Made by a program: the position numbers and the translations under genes
The notes under the pieces: generated by a model
The model's input: the letters and a program-made list of their open reading frames with translations, nothing else
What the model was told of the DNA's origin: nothing
The model's database searches: none
Shown here: positions 1-10,487 of the stretch, piece by piece
How positions within the stretch are numbered: position 1 is the first letter of the stretch
Layout: each line of letters starts with the position of its first letter
Virus record (IMG/VR): IMGVR_UViG_3300045988_067909
DNA from: a virus
Length of the DNA stretch: 64,000 bases
Strand: one strand, 5' to 3'

Positions 1-3000
1 TTAAACAAGTATTGGTATTCATTACTATTAAAGTATCTTTCTACGTATTTGGTAATGTCAATACATGTATTGATGATACGTTTTCTTTTTTCTGTAAGAT
101 CACCTATATTACGTACACTATCGATAAGTCCAGATAAGTCTTTATCCCTATAAGTCAAGAAATTATAGTAAGACTTATTAGGTTCTTTACCTCGATCTGC
201 ATCAAATGGCATCTTAAAGAAGTCATTATTATATTTGATTTGCATCAATGCTTCATAAGTCTTCTTATAAGCATTATATTCACGATAGTTATTAGCATCT
301 TTCATGTGTTTAAGAAGATCATTACGTAATGCTAGGTTATTATTGAATATCTTGAGTAGCTGTTTAGCCGAAGTCAATGGAGTCTTATAAGATTCAAACT
401 TATCTGCACCAGTATAATCTAGATCTTTATAATATCTAGGACCACGAAGCATCTTTTGTAATACCCCTAAGTCTGCATCAAAGTTAAAGCCCATAATATA
501 CATAATCTTTTCAGGATCTTGCATGATATCATCTTCAAGATTATAGTATTCGTACATTAGAGAGAATAGTGTACACATAATATCACTAAGTCTAAACATT
601 TTAAACTCACGAATAGATGGTACTTGTAGCATAAGTCTATCTTCAAGTTTGACTTTATCGAATAATAAGTTAAAGAAGTAAGGCATATCAAATGCAATCT
701 TAGTCATAGACATTACAGAATCAATAGTAATATACTTTGTACGTACATAGTTAAACTCTTTATCAAGAATCTCTCTATATACATCTTCTTTATCCATTTC
801 ACCAGTCCATAGCCCATCACCCTCAGTCATTTTATCATAAGGGATATGATTATTTTTATCTTTGATATACTTATCACCAGATTCAGTTAATGGAATCTTT
901 ACGAATTTCAAATCATAGTTCTTTTCATTATCTTCAACTAGTTTCTTATTAATCTTAGCATTAATATAGTTAAAGATAAACTTGATTTTGGAACCATGTT
1001 TTGCCATCTTAGCTTTATCAGTTAAGAAGATTTTACCATTAATTATTTCATAGTCATTCTTAACTAGTACATATCCATCATCCATAACCATCATCATACG
1101 GTTATTATTAGGAGATTCCAAATATCCATCAAATGGGAATGGAATAGTAATACCTGTAGCATCATCAGCTATATCAGCCATTACCATCTCAGATTTGATA
1201 TACTTATTATACTTCCGGAATATAGTATTGTATACGAAAGTGATATTGAATCCTCTAGTAGCATCAATAACTGTACCATCGGTAAATTCAAAGATATCAC
1301 CACTGATTCTATAACGTTCTGGAGATACTAGTGTACTACCAATAGTTACAAATAACCCATTATGCGATTTCATATAGTTAAAGAATGGGAATATGATTTG
1401 GAATTTATTAGTACCCTCAATAGGTGTAGTTATAAACTGGTCTTCTATATTGATAGAAAACTCATTCTCTGGATAGTCATAGTAGTAGCATACGACATTA
1501 TCAGCTATATTCAATAAGAACTTAGTATCAGTAATCTCTATACCAGTATTAGTATATCTAAATCTAGACTCTTCTAGACGTCTACCATTAACTAGTAGAA
1601 TAATCTTATTCTTCTTAGGTATATATCCGTCATATGGATACTCAAGAGATAGTACACTTTGTTTATTATTATCAACTGCAACTGTTTTAACTTTCTTATT
1701 AGTTACAGTTTGGTCTTCTGGATATGTATATATCACTTCTATAGTAATACCCTTACGCATCAATAAGTTTTGTTTATTAATATGGAGAGTATTCTTAAGA
1801 ATAGTATACTCAGTAAATGCTAATGGGTCTCCATTTACATACACTTCGATGACATTGTTATTATTTATATATCCAGCAAATGGGAAATTAAGTTCATACT
1901 TAGTTTCACCAGGTGTAGTTACAGTAATAGTTTGAGTTTCTGTATGTAATGCTACTGGTCTAGTATTAGAATATATAAAGTTAGTATTGACCACACGGTC
2001 ATTAATAAACTTATCATCATTATCTATATTAGTGATATTAAGTTTATTGTCTGATGTCAATGTAGAGAAATATCTATCTTTTTGAAGATATACTGATGCG
2101 GTATCAGCAAAGTATACACCATGGTCTACATAGTCAATATCTTCTGGGACTTCGGTAATGATAGTATTAGATGTATCTTTGGCTTTAGTTTGAATAGTTT
2201 TAAACTTAAATTTGTATTTATCAGAGTAGATAAATACGGCTACAAGTTCTCTATTGGCATTAGTATCACTAATATTCCAATCTATATCATCAGTAAAGAT
2301 AATCTTAGTAAAGTCATCATTAAATCTATATCGTGTTGGGTCTATAAATGTAGAACCGACTGACAATCTTAAACCAAAGCCCTTTTCAAAGTAAGTATCT
2401 TTATCTACAGGGAATTCTATAGGAACTTCACGTGTGTTATTATCCACTATAGTGATAAACTTAGTCTCAGTTTTAATAGTATAGTCATTAATATTAGCAG
2501 GGATATCTGGGGTCTTATTACTCAAGAAGTCAAACTTAAGTGTAGTCTTACCGTCAAGATAATGCTCATTTTCAAATACTATCTTATGCTCGATCACATT
2601 ATATTCAAATGGTGGTATTAGTAAGTCATCAGCATACAGATGTATATAATTACCCTTGTCTAAGAACTCTGTATCATTATTAGGGTATGGTATAGGGATA
2701 TTATTATGGTCAGTTATAGGCATAGTGCTTGTAGCAGTATCCATAACCTCTTCGGTATCTAAGTAAGTTTTGTATTTATAGTTAAATACATAGTCACCAG
2801 TATCAGGATCAGACTTTCTGTCTTTAAGAAGATAGTATTTAAAGATTCTAATATCATCAAACCCAAATAATGAGCATATATCAACCATACAAGTTGGTGT
2901 AGATTTGAATTTCAATAGCTTATTAAGATTCTTAACCATAGCTATTTGATATTTCAAAGGAATCTCATCATAGTATGGTACATCATGCCATTCAAAGATA

Positions 3001-3851
3001 TAACGAATACATCTTTCATCTAATACATCTAGTTTGATAATATGCTCCCCTGTTTCAGAGATAAGATCAATCATAGTTTGTAATAGAATGAAGATAGTAA
3101 TAAAGTTAGTATAGTAATCACTATCAAATCTATAGGCTTCTGCATACACAGTTGCCATAGTATAAGCACGGTTTACTATATAACGATTCTTAAATTTATC
3201 AGATAAAACTTGTTGATCTATACGTGGTAAGTATAATAACTCAAAGTTATCAGCTTTACGTGCAGCATATGCAGTAATACCTGATGCTATATAGTTTAGA
3301 TAAGCATATGCTGGACCAATATACCTAGAACGTAGTTCATCCATTATGCCATGATCTTCTAGTATATTTAATTCAAACTCAGACATTTCATGCATAGGCT
3401 TACTAAAGTCTACACCAATATTATCTTTACGTAAATCTGCATCTACATATAAGAATGGCATACCTAATGGTGGTTTACCCATAATCATACGATAGTATTC
3501 ATTATATTCTACATAGTGATTTACAAAGTATTCGGATGCAAACTTACGACAAGTTTCACGTTTATTTAATGGTATGAGTCGTGGATCTTTCTTAATACCC
3601 ATCCAATATTCTCTACCTATTTCGCAGCGAGATAAGATAAGATCATTATACTCATAAGCATCATATGGTGCTTTACCTTCGATAGATTGAATATATAGGT
3701 CAGCATAATACATAGATGCTTCATATTCTTTAGAATCAGCTAAGTCTTTATCTTTTACTACTGCACCTAATGCTAAGATTTTACTGTAGTACACAGTATT
3801 ATCTACAAAAGGCTCAGGTGAGATTGCTTTAATAATATGAGAAAGTCTCAT
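1..3851 (-). CDS. large hypothetical protein, >1280 aa; C-terminus lies beyond the window start
   Basis: On the minus strand GGAGG sits 8 nt upstream of the ATG at 3851. I translated about 300 codons from that start with no stop (MRLSHIIKAISPEPFVDNTVYYSK...). The ORF track lists no stop-bounded minus-strand ORF over 1-3851, which fits a frame that stays open through coordinate 1. The track's small + strand ORF 2121..2363 lies antisense inside this gene. Confidence 0.55.
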   Translation of the reverse strand, partial: MRLSHIIKAISPEPFVDNTVYYSKILALGAVVKDKDLADSKEYEASMYYADLYIQSIEGKAPYDAYEYNDLILSRCEIGREYWMGIKKDPRLIPLNKRETCRKFASEYFVNHYVEYNEYYRMIMGKPPLGMPFLYVDADLRKDNIGVDFSKPMHEMSEFELNILEDHGIMDELRSRYIGPAYAYLNYIASGITAYAARKADNFELLYLPRIDQQVLSDKFKNRYIVNRAYTMATVYAEAYRFDSDYYTNFITIFILLQTMIDLISETGEHIIKLDVLDERCIRYIFEWHDVPYYDEIPLKYQIAMVKNLNKLLKFKSTPTCMVDICSLFGFDDIRIFKYYLLKDRKSDPDTGDYVFNYKYKTYLDTEEVMDTATSTMPITDHNNIPIPYPNNDTEFLDKGNYIHLYADDLLIPPFEYNVIEHKIVFENEHYLDGKTTLKFDFLSNKTPDIPANINDYTIKTETKFITIVDNNTREVPIEFPVDKDTYFEKGFGLRLSVGSTFIDPTRYRFNDDFTKIIFTDDIDWNISDTNANRELVAVFIYSDKYKFKFKTIQTKAKDTSNTIITEVPEDIDYVDHGVYFADTASVYLQKDRYFSTLTSDNKLNITNIDNDDKFINDRVVNTNFIYSNTRPVALHTETQTITVTTPGETKYELNFPFAGYINNNNVIEVYVNGDPLAFTEYTILKNTLHINKQNLLMRKGITIEVIYTYPEDQTVTNKKVKTVAVDNNKQSVLSLEYPYDGYIPKKNKIILLVNGRRLEESRFRYTNTGIEITDTKFLLNIADNVVCYYYDYPENEFSINIEDQFITTPIEGTNKFQIIFPFFNYMKSHNGLFVTIGSTLVSPERYRISGDIFEFTDGTVIDATRGFNITFVYNTIFRKYNKYIKSEMVMADIADDATGITIPFPFDGYLESPNNNRMMMVMDDGYVLVKNDYEIINGKIFLTDKAKMAKHGSKIKFIFNYINAKINKKLVEDNEKNYDLKFVKIPLTESGDKYIKDKNNHIPYDKMTEGDGLWTGEMDKEDVYREILDKEFNYVRTKYITIDSVMSMTKIAFDMPYFFNLLFDKVKLEDRLMLQVPSIREFKMFRLSDIMCTLFSLMYEYYNLEDDIMQDPEKIMYIMGFNFDADLGVLQKMLRGPRYYKDLDYTGADKFESYKTPLTSAKQLLKIFNNNLALRNDLLKHMKDANNYREYNAYKKTYEALMQIKYNNDFFKMPFDADRGKEPNKSYYNFLTYRDKDLSGLIDSVRNIGDLTEKRKRIINTCIDITKYVERYFNSNEYQYLF

Positions 3852-3976
3852 TCTTTGTAGTTCCTCCCTTCGGAATGGAATTATTCGATTACTACTATGT
3901 ACTGACCGTAATAGCCTATTTAGCCCAACATCAAGTTAATCGTACCTATTTGAATAACAACAGGAGTGTTTAGAAT

Positions 3977-4663
3977 ATGAGTCAACCATTTCCGGACTTA
4001 AGCATTATTACAAGTCCAAATAATCCAGTTATAAAATCTCCTTTTGTACCATACCAATTGGAGTTCTATCAAACTAAATATTCCCTAATGGATATTGATA
4101 GATATACAAGTTTTGTAAAGAATGCTGTATCTAGATTTAGAGCATCTAGAGCTTATAAGAATTATAAGTTCTTCTTAATGAATCTAGGTATGGATAGATG
4201 CCAAATCAATAATAATATCACTATGGATATGGCTACTATTGAGATGCATCATAATATGCTAACTATCTTTGATATTGCTTTTATCATTACAGAGCATATC
4301 ATTAATACTACAGGGTATATTACTTCATTTGACTTAGTACAGCATTTACGTAAAGTTCATCATGAGCATAAGGTAATGCTTGTAATGTTAAATTTAACAG
4401 CTCACCAACTTTATCATAATACAAATAATTTCTTCATTCATCCAGATATGTGTTTTGGTAACTGGGGAGCTTTCCTAGAAGAGTATAAATATGGTATCAC
4501 CATTGAGATTGCCAATAAAGTTATACGCTACTTAGATGAAGCTATTAAAGTCGGTTCCACACAAGATAATGGATTGATGGAAGTTCGTGATCATTTAGTG
4601 AATTGGAGTCGATACAATGAGTACAACCTTGGAAATCAGTCTTACGGTAATACTAACTATTAG
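3977..4663 (+). CDS. hypothetical protein
   Basis: 228-aa ORF reading away from the minus-strand gene across the 3852-3976 intergenic region; no recognisable motif. Confidence 0.5.
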   Translation: MSQPFPDLSIITSPNNPVIKSPFVPYQLEFYQTKYSLMDIDRYTSFVKNAVSRFRASRAYKNYKFFLMNLGMDRCQINNNITMDMATIEMHHNMLTIFDIAFIITEHIINTTGYITSFDLVQHLRKVHHEHKVMLVMLNLTAHQLYHNTNNFFIHPDMCFGNWGAFLEEYKYGITIEIANKVIRYLDEAIKVGSTQDNGLMEVRDHLVNWSRYNEYNLGNQSYGNTNY

Positions 4664-5054
4664 TATTATAGCTTTCTTCTTTACAGTTAGTGTAATCATT
4701 AACCGTGTTACATACTTCTATGAACAACAAATGGCGTTCAAACGTTCTCGAATTAAGATCGATGTACGTGAAGTCGATAATATGATTGATAATATGATTC
4801 AAGAGGGTATCAATGAATTCTTAGTCATTAATAACCTAGCATTCAATGATGATAACTATATTAGAGAAGATATAGAAAAGCAAATGCGTAAATACGTATC
4901 TGATTATATCATAGCTAGAACTACTCCAGTATTCTTGGAGAAAGCTCACTATGTATATAGAAAAGAGTCTTTTACTAATATAGTAGCTAATAAGATCATT
5001 ATTGGTGTAACCTTGTATGTAGCAAAAAACAATGCTGAAATGAAGAATAGATAG
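4617..5054 (+). CDS. hypothetical membrane protein
   Basis: GGAG sits 8 nt upstream of the ATG; N-terminal hydrophobic helix (LTVILTISIIAFFFTVSVII). Confidence 0.5.
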   Translation: MSTTLEISLTVILTISIIAFFFTVSVIINRVTYFYEQQMAFKRSRIKIDVREVDNMIDNMIQEGINEFLVINNLAFNDDNYIREDIEKQMRKYVSDYIIARTTPVFLEKAHYVYRKESFTNIVANKIIIGVTLYVAKNNAEMKNR

Positions 5055-5060
5055 AAAGAA

Positions 5061-5087
5061 CCCCATATAGACAATGTCTATATGGGG
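5061..5087. terminator. bidirectional hairpin between convergent genes
   Basis: Perfect 12-bp stem ccccatatagac/gtctatatgggg with a 3-nt loop (atg), placed between the + gene ending at 5054 and the - gene ending at 5168. Same hairpin family as the one at 22358. Confidence 0.55.
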
Positions 5088-5167
5088 ATTCATTCTGCTA
5101 ATTGCTTTATCGAGGTTTACCATTGAACTGTCATTGCAGACCAATGATACTATAGTGTTATATAAAA

Positions 5168-5755
5168 TTAAATATCTAATCTATAATTTTCATTATAGTT
5201 CTGTAGTTCTTCCTCTGACATATAGTTCTTAAGTAGCTTATCTAAAGCAAGATCACCAACCTTGTCTTCGAATAAACCACGTACGTGATTATGGAATGTA
5301 TTCAAGAAGAAGTATTTCTTATTCTTTATACATCTAATCATGAATGCTTTATATAAATCCAAGATAGCATTTGTAACACCAGTATGCTTATACGCTCGGA
5401 ATAAGATACCAGTTAAACTAGAGAAAGCAAGTATATCAGAATAATCTAATTCATCAATAGCTGTAAGTATTACACTAGTGATATTATAGTCATTCTTAAT
5501 ATTGAACCAAGCCTGATTACAAGACTCTAGATAGATTAAGATATTAGAAGCCTTGTGTTTAACACAAAGACCCAATACTGTACCATCTAGCATATCTAAG
5601 TATTGCTTAGCATAGAACTTGTATAGTGCTAAATCATCATCAGCAATAATAGACTCTAAGATGAGGTCTAGAGAGACCCCATCTTTAGTTAAGTCATGAA
5701 TATATAATATTCTTTCTGCAGCTGAAAGATTCTTTAGTTTAGCTGAATATTCCAT
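5168..5755 (-). CDS. hypothetical protein; by position possibly a fibre assembly factor
   Basis: 195-aa ORF with RBS GGGGAG; last gene of the minus-strand fibre operon. Confidence 0.55.
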   Translation of the reverse strand: MEYSAKLKNLSAAERILYIHDLTKDGVSLDLILESIIADDDLALYKFYAKQYLDMLDGTVLGLCVKHKASNILIYLESCNQAWFNIKNDYNITSVILTAIDELDYSDILAFSSLTGILFRAYKHTGVTNAILDLYKAFMIRCIKNKKYFFLNTFHNHVRGLFEDKVGDLALDKLLKNYMSEEELQNYNENYRLDI

Positions 5756-5778
5756 TTGATTCTCCCCTAATATACTTA

Positions 5779-8097
5779 TTATACCTCTACAACGTCAGTC
5801 AATTTAGCAAACTCTTCTGGGAATAGTTCTGCAAATGTAGCAGTATCTCCAGTATAGGATGCAACTTCTTCCCAAGTCTTAGTTGTGTAGTTATAACGTT
5901 TAGTTTTATCTTTAGTAAATAAAGCTAAACGATAACGGCAAGCATTAGCACTAGTCACTAGAGGATTAGTTTCATCTACTAAGATATGAACGTACTTAGC
6001 ATTATATTCACCCTTTTCTGGTGTGATGATATGATGCTTACCAGTACGGTCATAGTATAAACCACCTTGCCATGCAGATACTGCACAGTTACCATCTAAG
6101 ATAATTTCCATAGGAGCTTCTGGTACAGCAACTTCATCCGAAGTTACACCAGTAACTTTACCTTGTTTATCTTCTAAACGGAAAGGCACAATTGTAATAT
6201 CGGTACCTTTGATAGTTTTGATGCTACGGTTATAGAAGTATGGTACGTATTTAGTATATTTACTTGGTTCGCCATATACTGTTTCACCAACAATAACTAA
6301 GTTTTCAATATCACTTAAAGAACCATCATGTGTTTTATGTTTAAGATAAACACGATAGTCTGATTCTAAGTAGTATTGTGCTAAGACATTGTCATAAGTT
6401 GTATATGTTTTAGTATCAGCATCATATCCACGATCTGATTCAACTAATAGATGAACATCTGCATTTTGTCTATCGATAAGATTATTCTTATAGAAATCAA
6501 CGAGATGGTACATTGATGGTGTATTGATAGGATCAGGAGAGATGTTTAAGCTATAAATGCTTCTACCATCACTTGTAGTATTTTCGCTTGCCCCATCATT
6601 AACTTCACTACCATCGAATGGGAAATCTGCATCACAATATACTGCTTTAGTGAAATCCCAAGCGTATTTCTTATTAGGGATAATCATAGTATTTGTTTTA
6701 TTATGGTATAAACCACTACTATCACCTAAAGCATATACCGTTTGACCATACTCAGTGTTGGCATATTTCAATGCGCTAGCATCAGTAAGTGTAACAGTAT
6801 AATCTGTAGCTGTTGGGTTATAGTTCTTAAATGTATTTTGTGCTACATCATCGTTAAATTTATAATACTTATAATCTTCTTCTGTAGGAACAAGATAATC
6901 GAACCATTGTCTGTACATATAATGGAACTCTTTATCTTTATTTACGACCCATTCTAATTGACAATAATCGAAGTATTTAGTAAAATCATGGGTCACTACA
7001 GATACGCTTAATTTAACTAGCTTGTCGGCTTCTTTAATTAAGAACGCTGTCATTTCTTCTGTAGGTTCTACAGCAATAAGTGTATAGTATTGGAAACTTA
7101 CATCTGCAATAGTAGCATAGTCAGAAATCTTACTAATATTATTCTTAACGTATTCATTATCAGGATTCAAAGTAGAATTGATAAGATTGAATTTAGATTT
7201 CCCTTTAGGTACATAGATTTTGAATGCTGATGTTTTATTACCACCATGAATACCAATTACGCCAATAGTATTTTGTCTACCATATTGACCCATACCAGCA
7301 CGGTTACGTAGAATAAGTTCTTCGTCCATGATAATAGTATCAGTAACAACTGCTTTTACATTAGGGTTACCAGACACAACAAATTGGTCACATTTAATTA
7401 CTGCAGCATATGGAGACTTGCCATTGATATAGAAGTCAGATGTATATTCAGGTAAAGATACTGTTCCTTTACATTCGAAAACATCACTGGTATCTTCTAT
7501 TTCAGCAGTGCTTAACATAGTTAATTCATCTTCAGTAAGATCTGCTTTTGTTTTCAATACGATGCTATCATCATTAAGATTTACTCTAAGACTATATGTA
7601 GGCTCATCATTATACAAATCAGTATACTTAGGCATACGATAGCAAGTATTGCATAATTGACCAAAATGACGTTTACCGAAGTTAATAGTAATATTACGTT
7701 TATCCGAAGGTGTTTGTTCCATAAAGGATTTTGTTGGCCATTGGATAAGATAGTTCTTATCGTCTGGTACTGTATATGTAGTCAATCCAGGAATAGCACC
7801 AATACTATTATGGTCAATCATTTCAGAAGAAGCAGAATACATAAAACCATTACTGATATTTACAGAGCCACCAGCTAAGCCAGTAACCACATCAGCAGCT
7901 TTAATCTTTTCTTCTACTTTATTGGAGATTTTCTTTACATCATTAGCTAGACCTGCTGTAGTATTAGCAGCTGCTACCCCTGTTTCAGAGATAGCTGCTT
8001 TTACATTTTCAAGATCTTTTTTAATTTCTTTAAACCCATTTTTGATATTTTCTAAAATGAGTTCAGTAGTATTTTTTGTATTTTCAATTTCTGCCAT
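5779..8097 (-). CDS. tail fibre / receptor-binding protein paralog
   Basis: 772 aa with RBS GGAGG. Its N-terminus (NIKNGFKEIKKDLENVKAAISETG, YLIQWPT) and C-terminus (KRYNYTTKTWEEVA) are paralogous to the upstream gene 8118..10487; the middle region is divergent. Confidence 0.7.
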   Translation of the reverse strand: MAEIENTKNTTELILENIKNGFKEIKKDLENVKAAISETGVAAANTTAGLANDVKKISNKVEEKIKAADVVTGLAGGSVNISNGFMYSASSEMIDHNSIGAIPGLTTYTVPDDKNYLIQWPTKSFMEQTPSDKRNITINFGKRHFGQLCNTCYRMPKYTDLYNDEPTYSLRVNLNDDSIVLKTKADLTEDELTMLSTAEIEDTSDVFECKGTVSLPEYTSDFYINGKSPYAAVIKCDQFVVSGNPNVKAVVTDTIIMDEELILRNRAGMGQYGRQNTIGVIGIHGGNKTSAFKIYVPKGKSKFNLINSTLNPDNEYVKNNISKISDYATIADVSFQYYTLIAVEPTEEMTAFLIKEADKLVKLSVSVVTHDFTKYFDYCQLEWVVNKDKEFHYMYRQWFDYLVPTEEDYKYYKFNDDVAQNTFKNYNPTATDYTVTLTDASALKYANTEYGQTVYALGDSSGLYHNKTNTMIIPNKKYAWDFTKAVYCDADFPFDGSEVNDGASENTTSDGRSIYSLNISPDPINTPSMYHLVDFYKNNLIDRQNADVHLLVESDRGYDADTKTYTTYDNVLAQYYLESDYRVYLKHKTHDGSLSDIENLVIVGETVYGEPSKYTKYVPYFYNRSIKTIKGTDITIVPFRLEDKQGKVTGVTSDEVAVPEAPMEIILDGNCAVSAWQGGLYYDRTGKHHIITPEKGEYNAKYVHILVDETNPLVTSANACRYRLALFTKDKTKRYNYTTKTWEEVASYTGDTATFAELFPEEFAKLTDVVEV

Positions 8098-8117
8098 TTA
8101 TACCTCCATATATTATA

Positions 8118-10487
8118 TTAACCACCTACTGGGCCATTACCAGGTTCAGAACTGAATGCACCAATAGGTTTAGGATCAAATTCATCTGGTGTTACATTAG
8201 CGATTTCTTCCCATACTTGTTTCTTATAGTTATATTTCTTAGATTTATCCATAGTGTATAATGGTAAACGTAAGAATCTGAATTTTTGATCATTAACGAT
8301 AGTATCATTTTCTTCTACTAATACATTAATGAATTTAGTATATTCAGTTACATAAGCGTCTGGTGTATAACGATCATTTTCATTTGTACGATCTTTATAA
8401 GGGCCATCGATAACATCACCAAATTTACAATTATGAAGTTTAATAACCATAGGTTGTGCGGGTGTTTTAAAATATAGATCATTATCTGTAATATTTAATA
8501 TAGTCATTGCACCACCTTGAGTGATACACTTACCAATCCTACAGTTAGTCAATTCCATGTCTTTAATATGTCTATTATAGATAATAGGAACCATATTACT
8601 TTCTTCTATATTTTGACCTGTACGATCAATTACTACATGTTCGATAGGAGTCTTACTAACTGTCAAATACCTAAATTCACTATTAGCATTGAGCATATCA
8701 ATATCATTATTAGATAAATGCGAACCATCAGTAGCCGACAATACAATATCAACACGCCCGGTATCTCCAGTTTCTACATATAAGCCAGACAATGGGAATT
8801 CTTGGCTACTATATAATGGTCCAGGCATTACACTTAAATCTAATGTAATAGTGTGTTTACCATTAACTTCAGGAGCCGCATTAATATCAAATCCGGCAGC
8901 AAAGAATTTAGGGAAGTCTTGTTCGCACATTTCTAGACGTTTGTTTAATTTCCAAGTGTAGTTAGGGTTTTGGAAGAATATTGTAGTAGATTTACGTATA
9001 CCATATGCTCCATCTAATTTATAGAAATTTGCATTATCAGCTTTAGCATTATTTACAATATCCTCAAAAAATGAAATATTGTTCCAATCAGTGATATCTA
9101 ATTTCACTCTATCACTACCATCAGCAGTAATATCAAAACGATTTTTTAATCTTTGTACCATTGACGCAAGTGCATTTACATAGACAAATGGTGGATCAAT
9201 AGCTCTATTATTTACCGGCAACCAATTAACCCATGAACGTGTTTCATCTACCAAATCTGCTGAATTAATCCATTTCATACTATTGAAATCGAATATTTCA
9301 CTACGATCATAAGTATACACATCAATATCTAAATAAGCTAATTTCTTGATATTAGCAATAATACTATCTGTCATAGCATCAGTTTTCTTTACTAAGATAT
9401 TCATTAATGGATCTTTGATATTTTCACGTACTAAACATAACCATTCAGATGGATCTGGATATGTAAATGTAGGATTAGTTGGGCCATATCCATCAATAAC
9501 TAATGTTTCTGCATCAATGTACACATCAGTTTTAGTATGGTCATATGTTACCGTTTGATAGCCACCGGATGCAGGATCATATTCTAAACCATCTTCACGT
9601 TTAGAATGAGCAAAACCGGCAACTAGATAAAGACCATTAATTTGCACAGATTTACAAATTACAGCTTTGAGTTTACCATGATGACCAGCTACAAAATGGT
9701 CAGCAATAGCAATGGAGTTTCCAACTAGGTTATTATTGATATACCATTTACAATCATACTTAGGAACTGATAATTGGTTTTCTTCCGGTAAAGATGTAGA
9801 GATGTCGAAATGGATCACATTATCATCTGTAGTTACACCAGATTTTTCTAAATGGAAAGTGTCTATAGTTGTTTGATCAACTTTAGTATCTGTAGTGATA
9901 CGGTCATCGGTAAGATGTACTTCCAAATCAAAATCAGAACCACGGTAAACATCAGTTTTAAAATCTGTAATATCTTGACCAAAACCAGTATTACTTAGAC
10001 GATTTGTATTATTTTTACTGAAGTGTAATTTTATCAATGGTTTCTCTAAATTACCATATATAGATGCAACTATAGGATCACTACTATTTTTTAAATCCAT
10101 CAATAATCCTCTATCGTTAGTAATAGCACTGTTTGTAGGCCAAGTCATTTGATACATCATATTATCAGGAACCACATAATCAATTTTATTACTAAGGATT
10201 TCTGTATTATCAGCTTTCATATAATTGTAGCTATTATGGAAGATAAAACCACCAACCATATCAAGAGTACCATTATTTAAACCTCTGATTTCGCTAGTAG
10301 ACTTAATTACATCGGTAACTTTAGTTTGGATTTTAGCTATTTCTTCAGATAAGTTTTTTGTAGTACCACTGGATGGAACACCAGCAGCCTCAATAGCTTT
10401 CTTAGCTTCAGTGATATCTTTTTGTACATCAGCAAAACCAGCAGCGATATTATCAAATATTTTACTAGTTAATGTTTCTTTCGCCAT
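8118..10487 (-). CDS. tail fibre / receptor-binding protein paralog
   Basis: 789 aa with RBS GGAGGAG. Its ATG overlaps the upstream stop as TAATG. Paralogous ends shared with 5779..8097 (NIAAGFADVQKDITEAKKAIEAAG, YQMTWPT, KKYNYKKQVWEEIA). Confidence 0.7.
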   Translation of the reverse strand: MAKETLTSKIFDNIAAGFADVQKDITEAKKAIEAAGVPSSGTTKNLSEEIAKIQTKVTDVIKSTSEIRGLNNGTLDMVGGFIFHNSYNYMKADNTEILSNKIDYVVPDNMMYQMTWPTNSAITNDRGLLMDLKNSSDPIVASIYGNLEKPLIKLHFSKNNTNRLSNTGFGQDITDFKTDVYRGSDFDLEVHLTDDRITTDTKVDQTTIDTFHLEKSGVTTDDNVIHFDISTSLPEENQLSVPKYDCKWYINNNLVGNSIAIADHFVAGHHGKLKAVICKSVQINGLYLVAGFAHSKREDGLEYDPASGGYQTVTYDHTKTDVYIDAETLVIDGYGPTNPTFTYPDPSEWLCLVRENIKDPLMNILVKKTDAMTDSIIANIKKLAYLDIDVYTYDRSEIFDFNSMKWINSADLVDETRSWVNWLPVNNRAIDPPFVYVNALASMVQRLKNRFDITADGSDRVKLDITDWNNISFFEDIVNNAKADNANFYKLDGAYGIRKSTTIFFQNPNYTWKLNKRLEMCEQDFPKFFAAGFDINAAPEVNGKHTITLDLSVMPGPLYSSQEFPLSGLYVETGDTGRVDIVLSATDGSHLSNNDIDMLNANSEFRYLTVSKTPIEHVVIDRTGQNIEESNMVPIIYNRHIKDMELTNCRIGKCITQGGAMTILNITDNDLYFKTPAQPMVIKLHNCKFGDVIDGPYKDRTNENDRYTPDAYVTEYTKFINVLVEENDTIVNDQKFRFLRLPLYTMDKSKKYNYKKQVWEEIANVTPDEFDPKPIGAFSSEPGNGPVGG

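Noticed and set aside
2121-2363. Track ORF of 80 aa on the + strand
   Set aside because: Lies antisense inside the long minus-strand gene 1..3851; no RBS; low-complexity translation.
6557-8261. Several 60-77 aa + strand ORFs (6557, 6742, 7657, 7922, 8076)
   Set aside because: All are antisense within the minus-strand fibre genes 5779..8097 and 8118..10487; no RBS and hydrophobic junk translations.
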